From: Myxococcota bacterium
Lineage (GTDB): Bacteria > Myxococcota_A > SURF-8
NCBI GenBank assembly: GCA_963674735.2
Contig: CAXXQS010000002.1
Location: forward strand, 1,824,001 to 1,888,000
Reading direction: 5' to 3'
DNA length: 64,000 nucleotides
Below, piece by piece: positions 55,339-64,000 of this stretch. Position numbers and translations under genes: made by a program. Below the pieces are notes generated by a model, which saw only the letters and a program-made list of their open reading frames with translations, ran no database searches and had not been told where the DNA came from. How positions within the stretch are numbered: the stretch's first letter is position 1; each line of letters starts with the position of its first letter.

Positions 55339-56391
55339 ATGAAAAAACGCCTGTTCTCGGGCATGCAGCCCACCGGCGATCTTCACTTGGGCAATTATGT
55401 CGGCGCACTCAAAAGCTGGGTCGGCCTGCTTGACGACTACGACTGCATCTTCTGCATCGTCGATTATCACGCCATCACGATTCCCTACGAGACGGAAACC
55501 ATGGAACAGCGTGTATTGAACGCCGCCATCGATTACATGGCCTGCGGGATCGATCCGGCGCGCTGCACCATCTTCGTGCAGTCGCAGGTGCCGCAGCATA
55601 CGGAATTGGCCTGGGTGTTGAATTCGGTGACGCCGCTGGGCCAGCTGATGCGCATGACGCAGTTCAAAGCGAAGACGCAGCAGTTCGCCGCCGACAGCGA
55701 CGACGACCAGCTCGGGGAGGTGGCCGAGGAAGATCGCGGCACCTTCATGGAGAAAGCCGGAAAAGTGAACGCGGGACTGTTCACCTATCCCGTCCTGCAG
55801 GCGGCGGATATCATGCTTTACAAGGGTGAAAAAGTGCCGGTGGGTGAAGATCAGGTGCAGCACGTGGAACTGACCCGCGATATCGCGCGGCGCTTCAACA
55901 ACCGCTACGGCCGTGTCTTCCCCGAGTGCGAGCCCATTTTGTCGGCGGCTCCGCGCCTGATGGGATTGGACGCCGTGAACAAAATGTCCAAAAGTCTGGG
56001 CAACCACATTCCGCTGTCCATGAAGGCCGAGGATGTCATTCAGAAAGTCACGCGGGAATCCGTTTCCGACCCGCGACGCGTCAAACGGACGGACCCCGGC
56101 GTACCCGAAGAATGCAACCTGCTTGCCTGGCACCAGATTTTCTCAAGCGAAGACGAAATCCGTTGGGCGGCCGAGGGTTGCCGGACGGCGGAGATCGGAT
56201 GTTTCCAGTGCAAGAAAAAGGTGGCCGAAAACATCAACGCGATTCTCGGCCCGGTCCAGGAGCGTCGCGCCGAATTGGCCGCTCATCCCGACGATGTCCG
56301 CGATGTGCTGAACGAAGGCGCCCGCCGCTGCGGCGACATCGCCCAGGCGACCATGGAAGAAGTCCGCAACGGTCTGGGACTCTTGCGCTGA
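55339..56391 (+). CDS. trpS: Tryptophanyl-tRNA synthetase
   Basis: SGMQPTG.LHLGNY (HIGH), YPVLQAADI, VPVGEDQ..H and KMSKS. Confidence 0.97.
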   Translation: MKKRLFSGMQPTGDLHLGNYVGALKSWVGLLDDYDCIFCIVDYHAITIPYETETMEQRVLNAAIDYMACGIDPARCTIFVQSQVPQHTELAWVLNSVTPLGQLMRMTQFKAKTQQFAADSDDDQLGEVAEEDRGTFMEKAGKVNAGLFTYPVLQAADIMLYKGEKVPVGEDQVQHVELTRDIARRFNNRYGRVFPECEPILSAAPRLMGLDAVNKMSKSLGNHIPLSMKAEDVIQKVTRESVSDPRRVKRTDPGVPEECNLLAWHQIFSSEDEIRWAAEGCRTAEIGCFQCKKKVAENINAILGPVQERRAELAAHPDDVRDVLNEGARRCGDIAQATMEEVRNGLGLLR

Positions 56392-56421
56392 CCCGCTTGC
56401 AGAAGATCGGGGTGGGGTGGC

Positions 56422-56450
56422 TTGACAGGATCGCCCCACCCACGTAGGCT
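56422..56450 (+). promoter_or_regulatory. Putative sigma-70 promoter lying within an inverted repeat
   Basis: TTGACA-N17-TAGGCT; the -35 box sits in the loop of a GGGTGGGG.../...CCCCACCC hairpin. Confidence 0.45.
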
Positions 56451-56482
56451 GGTTGAAACGGATAGGTTTGGAGGATTAAGCG

Positions 56483-56926
56483 ATGAGCGATGAACGCAAA
56501 ACCGACGGCAACGGCGGCGCTTCCGGAAACACCCCGGATTCAAACGCGTCCACCGAGACACGCAAGGACTGCCACAATCCGACGGCCAGTCCGGAAACCG
56601 CCACCGACAACGACCGTGAATGCGCCAAGCAAAAGGCCGAAGAGCAGGCATCCAAAATGGGAAAGATGCCGCCCATTGATTTTTCGACTCTCGCGTTTTC
56701 CCTGGCCACCCAGGCGCTGGTGCATATGGGACAGGCGCGCCTGCCGGGACAACCCGAAGGGGAAGTCAATCTGCCCATGGCGAAACAGACCATCGACATC
56801 ATCACCATGTTGGAAACCAAAACCAAGGGCAATCTGAACGAAACCGAAGCGCGTTTGATGCAGAATTTGCTGTATGATCTTCGCACGCGCTATGTGCAAG
56901 TGGCCAAGCGAACACAAAAAGACTGA
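56483..56926 (+). CDS. DUF1844 family protein
   Basis: DF..L..SL..QAL..MG, NL..AK..ID...L..KT.GNL...E..L...LYDLR..YV. Confidence 0.85.
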   Translation: MSDERKTDGNGGASGNTPDSNASTETRKDCHNPTASPETATDNDRECAKQKAEEQASKMGKMPPIDFSTLAFSLATQALVHMGQARLPGQPEGEVNLPMAKQTIDIITMLETKTKGNLNETEARLMQNLLYDLRTRYVQVAKRTQKD

Positions 56927-56952
56927 TCCTTAACCGGACGGGGAGCGGGTTC

Positions 56953-58128
56953 ATGTATCAGTTACAGGCTGGGAAAATTCTTGCGCTGCGACTCGTCTGC
57001 CTGGCTCTGGTGGTCGGTCTTCTGTTTGGTTGCAAGCGTCGCGACGACGTGGCCGAGCCGGTGTTGGAACTGAATACGCCGAGCCATCGGGCTTTGGCCG
57101 CGCTCGACGATCTGACGGAAACCGAGACGGCTCCTGCCGATGAGGTTGCGCCGCCTTCCGCCCCTGTGCCGGTCCCTGCCATTCTACCGCCGGTGGTCCG
57201 ACCGACGCTTGATCCGGCTGCGCTTGTCGAACGGGCCCGTGCCTACGGCGTGTCGCTCACGGTCGACGGGGCTTCTCTTCCGGGTTTGCGTATCGGGTCC
57301 ATGGTCTTGGCCAGGTTCGGAGCAACCGCAGGCGAGGGGCGTTTGGGCGAAGCCTTGTGCCGCAGGGTCGAACCGGCCGAGCTGTTCGGGCTGGGTCTGT
57401 GTCGGCTCGATGCGGCGGCCGATGTGACAAGCCTGCGCAAGGAACCTTTGGCCGTTGGGGACGCCGTGGTGGTGGTCCCCCTTATCGGAAACGAGGCCGC
57501 CATCCTGGAGGCGCGCGTGGCGACGGCCGAAGCCGCAGCCAACGCTCAAGGCATGTTAGGTCTGGAGACCCCTTTTCTGCTGCTCGACCGCGCTCCCATT
57601 GCCGACTTGACCGGCTCGGCGCTTCTCGACAACCAGGGTCGTTTGTGCGGCGTTCTGGTCGGACCGCCGGCTGCTCCGCTGATGGCCGCGTTGGCTCCGG
57701 TTGCGCTGACTCGGTTTGCCGACCCGCAGGCCGTCTGGACACCTTTGAAGGCGGCGGAGTCGAAGAAAGAGGCGGCGGTTGCGGCCATTCAACCGCCCGT
57801 TATAGTGCCCCCGAAAGCGTCCGATACCCTCTGGCTGGGGGTGCAGGTGCAGGCGCTTACACCCGAATTGGCCCGCAGCTTCAACCTGGACGCGAAAGCG
57901 ACTGGAGCCTTGGTCACCCGTATCCAACCCGACTCTCCGGCCCAGCGTGCCGGTCTGCGTGACGGAGACCTGATCACCACGCTTGCCAACGCGCCTATCC
58001 GGTCTCTGGCCGACTTGCCCCCGGTGATGAAAATGGCCCAAGCCGGTCGGCCGCTCGCCGTCGGTTTGTGGCGCGAAGGGGGCGAAACCACCCTGACGAT
58101 CACGCCGAGCACGCGACCTTCAGACTGA
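56953..58128 (+). CDS. PDZ-domain lipoprotein with a degenerate HtrA/trypsin-like domain
   Basis: Lipobox LFGC; WLGVQVQ.LTPELA..F, GALV......SPA..AGL..GD.I (PDZ); DLTGSALLDNQGRLCGV in place of GNSGGPL.N..G.VIGI. Confidence 0.7.
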   Translation: MYQLQAGKILALRLVCLALVVGLLFGCKRRDDVAEPVLELNTPSHRALAALDDLTETETAPADEVAPPSAPVPVPAILPPVVRPTLDPAALVERARAYGVSLTVDGASLPGLRIGSMVLARFGATAGEGRLGEALCRRVEPAELFGLGLCRLDAAADVTSLRKEPLAVGDAVVVVPLIGNEAAILEARVATAEAAANAQGMLGLETPFLLLDRAPIADLTGSALLDNQGRLCGVLVGPPAAPLMAALAPVALTRFADPQAVWTPLKAAESKKEAAVAAIQPPVIVPPKASDTLWLGVQVQALTPELARSFNLDAKATGALVTRIQPDSPAQRAGLRDGDLITTLANAPIRSLADLPPVMKMAQAGRPLAVGLWREGGETTLTITPSTRPSD

Positions 58129-58160
58129 TTCCGTTCGCTATTTCAAACACTTGAAGACAC

Positions 58161-58195
58161 CCCCCTTGACAAGCGGGTTGGGCGTTCCCATCTTT
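58161..58195 (+). promoter_or_regulatory. Putative sigma-32 (RpoH) heat-shock promoter for clpB
   Basis: CCCCCTTGAC...CCCATCTTT resembles the CCCTTGAA/CCCCATnT consensus. Confidence 0.55.
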
Positions 58196-58266
58196 TAAAC
58201 AACGGGTGGAGGGCCGCCGATCATTTCGATCCGCGACCGGTCCACTTGTCGATAAGGAGTGCTCGT

Positions 58267-60879
58267 ATGCGAATGGATCGATTTACGTTGAAGGCGCAAG
58301 AGGCCTTGGAGCAGGCGCAGTTCATCGCCCGCGAAAACAGCCACCAGCAACTCAACGATGAACATCTGCTGGCGGCGTTATTGGAACAGCCGGAGGGTGT
58401 CGCGGCGCGCTTGATGGGCCGGGCCGGAATCGAGGTCACGGCCTTGCGGGATGCCGTCGAACGCGAAATTGCGCGTTTTCCCCGTGTGGAGGGTGGCTTG
58501 CCGTTGCATTTGTCGCGCGAGACGGAACGCATGCTCGACCGGGCGCTCAACGAAGCGCAAGCCCTGAAAGATGAATACGTGTCCACCGAGCACCTGCTGC
58601 TGGCCATTTTGGCCGGTGAAGGGGACGCGGCCACCTTGCTGAAGCAGTCCGGGCTGAGCCGGGACGGTCTTCTCCAGGTGCTCAAGGACGTGCGTGGCTC
58701 CCAGCGAGTGACCGATCCCGGTGCGGAAGACCGTTACGAGGCACTCAAGCGCTACGCCCGCGATCTCACCGATCTGGCCCGGCGCGGCAAGCTCGATCCG
58801 GTCATCGGACGCGATCAGGAAATCCGTCGTGCTATCCAGGTGTTGTCGCGCCGCACCAAGAACAATCCCGTTTTGATCGGAGAGCCGGGAGTGGGTAAGA
58901 CCGCCATCGTGGAGGGGCTGGCCCAGCGCATCGTGCGCGGCGACGTTCCCGAGGGACTGAAGAACAAAACGCTGGTGGCGCTCGATTTGGGAGCCTTGAT
59001 CGCCGGGGCCAAGTATCGTGGCGAGTTCGAAGACCGTCTCAAGGCGCTGTTGAAAGAAGTGGAGAACGCCGAGGGGCAGGTGCTGTTGTTTATCGACGAG
59101 CTGCACACGCTGGTGGGGGCCGGGGCCGCCGAGGGGGCCATGGACGCCTCCAACATGCTCAAACCCGCCCTGGCGCGCGGCGAGTTGCACTGCATCGGCG
59201 CGACCACCTTGAACGAGTACCGCAAGCACATTGAAAAAGACGCTGCGCTGGAACGGCGTTTTCAACCGATCCTGGTGGCCGAACCCAACATCGAAGACAC
59301 CATCAGTATTCTGCGCGGTCTCAAGGAACGCTATGAAGTCCATCACGGTGTACGCATCAAGGACGCCGCGCTGGTGGCGGCCGCGACGCTGTCCGATCGC
59401 TACATCAACGATCGTTTCCTGCCCGATAAGGCGGTGGATCTGGTGGATGAAGCGGGTAGCCGCCTGCGGATGGAAATCGATTCCCTGCCCAGCGAAATCG
59501 ATGAACTGGAACGAAAAGTGTTGCAGCTTCAAATCGAGCGCGAGGGTCTGAAAAAGGAAAAAGACGACGCCAGCCGAAAGCGGCTCGATAGCGTGGAACG
59601 CCAGATTGCGGATCTGTCCGAGCAGGTGTCGGGCATGAAGGCGCAGTGGAATCGCGAAAAGGATGTCATTTCGCGTATTCGCGACACCAAAGAGCGCATC
59701 GAGCGCACGCGCTTCGAGGAAGAAGCCGCCGTTCAGAAAGGTGAGTTGGAGAAGGCCGCCGAGTTGAAATACGGGCAGCTTATCCAATTGGAGCGCGATC
59801 TGGAGAGTCTGAATCAGCAGGCCCGCACGATTCGTGAAGAAGGGTCGCTGTTAAAGGAAGAAGTGGACGACGAAGACGTGGCCCAGGTGGTGGCTGCGTG
59901 GACCGGTGTGCCGGTGACGCGCCTTCTGGAGGGCGAATCGCAGAAGCTGATGCGCATGGAACAGCATATTCACGAGCGGTTGGTGGGGCAGGAACGCGCG
60001 GTGACGGCCGTGGCGGATGCCGTACGCCGCGCTCGTGCCGGGTTGCAGGAAGCGAACCGTCCGGTGGGATCCTTCATTTTTCTGGGTCCGACGGGCGTCG
60101 GCAAAACCGAACTGGCCCGTTCGCTGGCGGCCTTTTTGTTTGACGACGAACGCGCCATGATCCGCATCGACATGTCGGAATATATGGAAAAACACTCAGT
60201 GGCGCGTCTGATCGGTGCCCCGCCGGGATACGTGGGTTACGATGAGGGTGGGGCGCTTACCGAAGCGGTGCGGCGCATGCCTTATTCGGTGATTCTGTTC
60301 GACGAAATCGAGAAAGCCCATCGCGACGTGTTCAACGTCCTGCTGCAGATTCTCGATGACGGCCGTTTGACGGACGGGCACGGACGCACGGTGGATTTCA
60401 CCAACAGCATCCTCATTCTCACCTCGAACATCGGGTCGTACGTGATCCAGGAGTATGGCGGCGAGCGCTCCGAGGAGATGGAACGCCAGGTGATGACCCT
60501 GTTGCGTCAGGAGTTCCGGCCGGAGTTCCTGAACCGCGTGGATGATACGATCGTGTTCCACGCCCTGACACGCGAGCATCTGCGTTCCATCGTGGATATC
60601 CGCATCGGCTATCTCAATCGCCTGCTCGGCCAACGCGGGATGCACGTCGAACTCAGTGACGCGGCCAAGGATCGGCTGGCGGCGATGGGCTGGGATCCGG
60701 TGTACGGTGCGCGGCCGGTCAAGCGCGTTATTCAGCGCGAAATCCAGGACGCCCTGGCGCGCGACCTGCTGGAAGGCCGCATCAAAGCGGGAGACGGCCT
60801 GCGGGTGGACGTGGATGGCGAGGCGGGTTTTACCTTCGTTCCGCTTGGACCGACGGAGGCGGCGTCAGAGGCGGGATGA
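58267..60879 (+). CDS. clpB: ATP-dependent chaperone ClpB
   Basis: Walker A motifs GEPGVGKT and GPTGVGKT, coiled-coil M domain with AELKYG, no IGF loop; AAGGAG RBS. Confidence 0.97.
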   Translation: MRMDRFTLKAQEALEQAQFIARENSHQQLNDEHLLAALLEQPEGVAARLMGRAGIEVTALRDAVEREIARFPRVEGGLPLHLSRETERMLDRALNEAQALKDEYVSTEHLLLAILAGEGDAATLLKQSGLSRDGLLQVLKDVRGSQRVTDPGAEDRYEALKRYARDLTDLARRGKLDPVIGRDQEIRRAIQVLSRRTKNNPVLIGEPGVGKTAIVEGLAQRIVRGDVPEGLKNKTLVALDLGALIAGAKYRGEFEDRLKALLKEVENAEGQVLLFIDELHTLVGAGAAEGAMDASNMLKPALARGELHCIGATTLNEYRKHIEKDAALERRFQPILVAEPNIEDTISILRGLKERYEVHHGVRIKDAALVAAATLSDRYINDRFLPDKAVDLVDEAGSRLRMEIDSLPSEIDELERKVLQLQIEREGLKKEKDDASRKRLDSVERQIADLSEQVSGMKAQWNREKDVISRIRDTKERIERTRFEEEAAVQKGELEKAAELKYGQLIQLERDLESLNQQARTIREEGSLLKEEVDDEDVAQVVAAWTGVPVTRLLEGESQKLMRMEQHIHERLVGQERAVTAVADAVRRARAGLQEANRPVGSFIFLGPTGVGKTELARSLAAFLFDDERAMIRIDMSEYMEKHSVARLIGAPPGYVGYDEGGALTEAVRRMPYSVILFDEIEKAHRDVFNVLLQILDDGRLTDGHGRTVDFTNSILILTSNIGSYVIQEYGGERSEEMERQVMTLLRQEFRPEFLNRVDDTIVFHALTREHLRSIVDIRIGYLNRLLGQRGMHVELSDAAKDRLAAMGWDPVYGARPVKRVIQREIQDALARDLLEGRIKAGDGLRVDVDGEAGFTFVPLGPTEAASEAG

Positions 60880-62169
60880 GCGCAGTTGCGGCCGTAGCGT
60901 TTGCCCGAGCCACAGCGTCCACGCGACGAACAGGCCGTTACGCGCCATCAATAGCGCCATGGCATGCGGTCTGAGCATGACCAGGTCGCGGTAGTAATGC
61001 GGGAAGAGCGCCCAGCTCAGCAGCAGAATGAGTGTCAGTCCGGCCAGTGACGCGGCCCGTTGCCTGCCGTCGAGCGGCAGCAGCAGCGCCAGCGGGATCA
61101 ACCAGAAAAAGTATTGGGGCGAGAAAACGTTGGATAAGGCCATGGCCGCAGCCAGCATGAGCAGTCCCGCCCACAAAGCCAGAGAAAGACCCGCCTCGGG
61201 GTCGGCGAAGGCGCGCCGCCGCCAGACGAACCAGCCGCAAAGCCCCGCCAAACCGGCCAGCAGCAACCCTGCGAAAAGCGTTTGCAAAACGGTCGAACCG
61301 GGAAAGAGCAGCGAAAGGGCGCGCGCCTCTTCGATCGGCACCAGCTTGGCATCGACGAAAATCGACAGCATGCCGATGGAGGCGGGAACCGATTCGAGTT
61401 GCAGGCCGCGTCCGCTTTGATAGGCGACGAAGCCGAACACGCCGTCTCCGGCCGCCAGCCAAAAAGGTACGAAGCCTATAAGAAGTCCACTTACTCCGGC
61501 GGCGAGTGGACCCCAAAACGCCTGTCCGCGCTTGGCGGGAGCGGCCGACATCCAGGCCCACAGCAGCAGCGGCGGGAGCAGCAATAGGGGCGTCAGTTTG
61601 AGCGCCACCGCCAGGCCGAGGATAGCCGCCCCCCACGAACGGCGACCGCAGGCCAGAAGCGCCACCGCCACCATCACCGTCGCCGCCACGGCCAGATCCA
61701 GGCGGTCGTACAGCAGGTCCGGTAACAGAAGCGGCAAGACCAGGTAGGGCGCGATCGTCAGCGCTTGTCGAATCGGTGTCGAATGGGGGCGCAGGCGGCG
61801 GATGGCGACGATCAACGCCAGCATGACGATGCCGTCGCAGACGGCCATGCAGGCGCGGAAGGCGCCGGTATAAGCGGTTTGGCTGAGGTCGCCGAACCAG
61901 CCCGCCAGCGTTGCGGGCAGGAGCATCACGGGGAGCATCAGGGGCGGGTATTCGAAATTTCGATCCAGGAAAAACGCCCCGAGTGTCTCGGCGTTTTGGA
62001 AGGCCTCGGCGTAGCTGAAATAGAGGCGCGTGTCGGAGAAACCGGCGTCGAAGCCGAAAAAAAACACCAGCCTGGAAAGGACGAAGAGCAGCAGCAAGCC
62101 GATCCACAACCGGAGGGAAGCCGGGCGGTCGAGTGGTTGATTGCTTGTGGGTAAACGGGTCGCCGTCAC
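60865..62169 (-). CDS. GT87-like (GT-C) polytopic membrane glycosyltransferase
   Basis: D...Y, EYPP, R.D, KL.P, RGLQLES and V.SPQY..W; many TM helices. Confidence 0.8.
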   Translation of the reverse strand: MTATRLPTSNQPLDRPASLRLWIGLLLLFVLSRLVFFFGFDAGFSDTRLYFSYAEAFQNAETLGAFFLDRNFEYPPLMLPVMLLPATLAGWFGDLSQTAYTGAFRACMAVCDGIVMLALIVAIRRLRPHSTPIRQALTIAPYLVLPLLLPDLLYDRLDLAVAATVMVAVALLACGRRSWGAAILGLAVALKLTPLLLLPPLLLWAWMSAAPAKRGQAFWGPLAAGVSGLLIGFVPFWLAAGDGVFGFVAYQSGRGLQLESVPASIGMLSIFVDAKLVPIEEARALSLLFPGSTVLQTLFAGLLLAGLAGLCGWFVWRRRAFADPEAGLSLALWAGLLMLAAAMALSNVFSPQYFFWLIPLALLLPLDGRQRAASLAGLTLILLLSWALFPHYYRDLVMLRPHAMALLMARNGLFVAWTLWLGQTLRPQLRSSRL

Positions 62170-63236
62170 CGGCTTTTACCGGAATCGGCGGGAGTCGCTT
62201 GGGTCGGGGTGGCTTTGTCCGCCTGCGCAGGCGGCGCATTTGGTTCGGGTGCGTTCATCGTCGGGACAACGGCCTTTTTAAATAAGCCCTGCTTGCTGCG
62301 TTCTTTGATGATCGCTTTGATTTTGGACGGGTCCAGGCTTCCGATACGGCCGATCAGGCCGAACAGGTCGGTGCGCAGCGGTTGGTTGCCGTCGTCGTAG
62401 CGCTCGATGAGAATCGCCAGCCGCCGCGCCTTGGCGTTGGGGTATACCGCGCGCAGGCGGTAGCCGCCCACTCCGGGTTCGTATTGCGATCCGGCATAGA
62501 GATTTTGCCGCTTCGGCGGCGAATCGGGGCCCTGGTCGCACACCAGGCTCAAGGTCAGCAGGGATTCGCGGCTTGTTGCGGCCGGATGCTCGGGGTCGTT
62601 TTTCGTCTCGCGCGTGGCCACCGACAGAAAGAGCGTCCCTTCTTTCCCGTCCGACAAATGAATCGGCCAGTCGCGGCTGCCGTCCAGGGTCTTTTGTCCG
62701 TCCTTTTCGTCGAAGCTTCCTTCATCCACCAGGGCTTCGATCGGGTCGGGGCGGTCGGAGAAATCGAATTTTTTCAAATGTTTGGCGGCTTTTCGGTTGA
62801 ATGTCTGCGCCGACCGGACCTCTTTCGACAGCTTCTGGCGCAACAAGCCTTGGCCGTCTTTCACCCGTCGACCGGTTACGGCGTCCAGCAGATGCAACAA
62901 CAGCTCGGGCTCGCCGTCGGCGTTGACCCGGCGCTCGCGATAGGCGAAGAAACGACCGCTGTCCGACCACCCGATGACGGCATCATCGGACCCCTCGGGC
63001 AAGGACCATCCGTCCGGTTGCGGGGGCTGTTCGCTTGTTTGCGAGATCGTGCTCGCGGCTTGCGGGGCGGGGGTGTTCGTGAATGTCGCCTCCAGCCAGT
63101 CGCGCATGGCTTCACAACCCAGCAGGGCAACGGCAAGCGCTAGGCAAACGGCCAGTCGTCCCACTCCCAGCCGGATTTCGTAGGCGCGTCGAGTTTCGGA
63201 TCGGTTATGCCGCTGTGCCGATTCTGTCATGGTCAT
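62166..63236 (-). CDS. Hypothetical lipoprotein
   Basis: Hydrophobic segment ending in lipobox LLGC; GWS.SG.FFAY motif; overlaps the start of the downstream GT gene. Confidence 0.6.
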   Translation of the reverse strand: MTMTESAQRHNRSETRRAYEIRLGVGRLAVCLALAVALLGCEAMRDWLEATFTNTPAPQAASTISQTSEQPPQPDGWSLPEGSDDAVIGWSDSGRFFAYRERRVNADGEPELLLHLLDAVTGRRVKDGQGLLRQKLSKEVRSAQTFNRKAAKHLKKFDFSDRPDPIEALVDEGSFDEKDGQKTLDGSRDWPIHLSDGKEGTLFLSVATRETKNDPEHPAATSRESLLTLSLVCDQGPDSPPKRQNLYAGSQYEPGVGGYRLRAVYPNAKARRLAILIERYDDGNQPLRTDLFGLIGRIGSLDPSKIKAIIKERSKQGLFKKAVVPTMNAPEPNAPPAQADKATPTQATPADSGKSR

Positions 63237-63376
63237 TCCTCTTTCGCTTTTTTCGTCGCCGGCACGTGCCGAGCGCGTCGAGACGATCCCCGCTGAAAAC
63301 GCATTGGATGTTCCTCGGTTTAGCTTGTCTCTTTGTATCGACCTTCGGCTTGCGCGTCAAGTGTTCCCCCTTCGAT

Positions 63377-63556
63377 GGCGTTTCAATTCTAAGCTTTTCA
63401 CCGTTTTCCACCCACTATCATTCGGTTTACGGGGTGCCATGGGCAAAGCCTTTGGCTTGCCCATGCTGTTTTCACGGGCAAACCTGACGGTTTAGCCCGT
63501 GCCACCCATCATCGATCGAAGATTATTCGAGACTCAATCAGAATTGAAACGCCCTA
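63377..63556. repeat. 180-bp MITE/REPIN-like element, copy 2 (inverted relative to copy 1)
   Basis: Perfect 14-bp terminal inverted repeats GGCGTTTCAATTCT/AGAATTGAAACGCC; about 12 differences from copy 1 by manual alignment. Confidence 0.88.
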
Positions 63557-63707
63557 CCCATCTTCGATGGCAAGTTGGCGACCTATCCGGTTAAAAATTC
63601 ATGACAAAACGCGTCTCATGGTTGACGCAGCCGGGTTCGATCCGTAGAATGGCGACGCTTCGCAATTGGGCGAAATTTGTTTTCGATCCGCTACAGGAGT
63701 CTGTTTG

Positions 63708-64000
63708 ATGGCTGTCTCCGACACCCGCTCGATTCTCGGTCGCCGACCCTGTTTGGCGTGGGGGCTGGTGTTGCTGGCGGCCTTTATTCCGCATGCCCCT
63801 TATCTTTTCACCTATTTTTTCATGGACGATTACTGGCATCTGAGCTTCATTCTCGACGGTGACTACATCTTTTCCACCTGGAGTGTGGGCCGAGACACGA
63901 TCAACCAGCTTTGGTACATGACGCCGGAAGTCTTTCCGCAAATGGGTTGGGTCGAGGAGGTGCGGCTGTATTTTCGGCCGTTTTTCGCTGCCGGTTTGGT
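63708..64000 (+). CDS. Membrane protein, GT-C-like, 5' part only (runs off the window)
   Basis: AGGAG RBS; MAVSDTR..., first TM, then FFMDDY and YFRP, typical of the first loop of GT-C proteins. Open to the window end and absent from the ORF track. Confidence 0.65.
   Translation, partial: MAVSDTRSILGRRPCLAWGLVLLAAFIPHAPYLFTYFFMDDYWHLSFILDGDYIFSTWSVGRDTINQLWYMTPEVFPQMGWVEEVRLYFRPFFAAGL

Noticed and set aside
63601-63708. 35-codon ORF ending at the start of the last gene, considered as a leader peptide
   Set aside because: No RBS, no biased amino-acid content and no attenuator structure seen.

Overview
A GC-rich chromosomal segment from a deltaproteobacterial, Myxococcota-like organism (inferred from a MYXO-CTERM-type motif, Cys-rich lipoproteins and a sigma-32-type promoter). 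I found no rRNA, tRNA, CRISPR array, transposase or phage genes. In order, it holds: a haem operon (hemE-hemN-hemH-hemY-hemA-hemC-hemD-hemL, cut at the left edge); a TlpA-like/exbB/exbD/MEMO/diguanylate cyclase/lipoprotein run; two two-component pairs; lepB; a DUF362/polyferredoxin redox pair; a phosphoesterase lipoprotein pair; a Gtr-type glycosylation cluster; MoxR-DUF58-BatA; a 1602-aa surface protein; an ECF sigma/anti-sigma locus; an oxidoreductase-GT2-deacetylase-acyltransferase-epimerase operon; an HU with a very long histone-H1-like arm; sppA-trmL-trpS; clpB; and membrane glycosyltransferases. The best candidate for something new is the 1602-aa ORF. It carries, in mid-protein, a MYXO-CTERM-like sorting signal followed directly by a complete lipoprotein signal peptide, which suggests one gene is processed into two surface proteins. 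Also notable are two inverted copies of a 180-bp element (a REP-like hairpin doublet inside terminal inverted repeats), H1-like arms on both HU and a glycosyltransferase, three apparent pseudoenzymes, and a shared DGD-repeat linker in unrelated lipoproteins. All calls come from manual motif recognition; no database searches were run.
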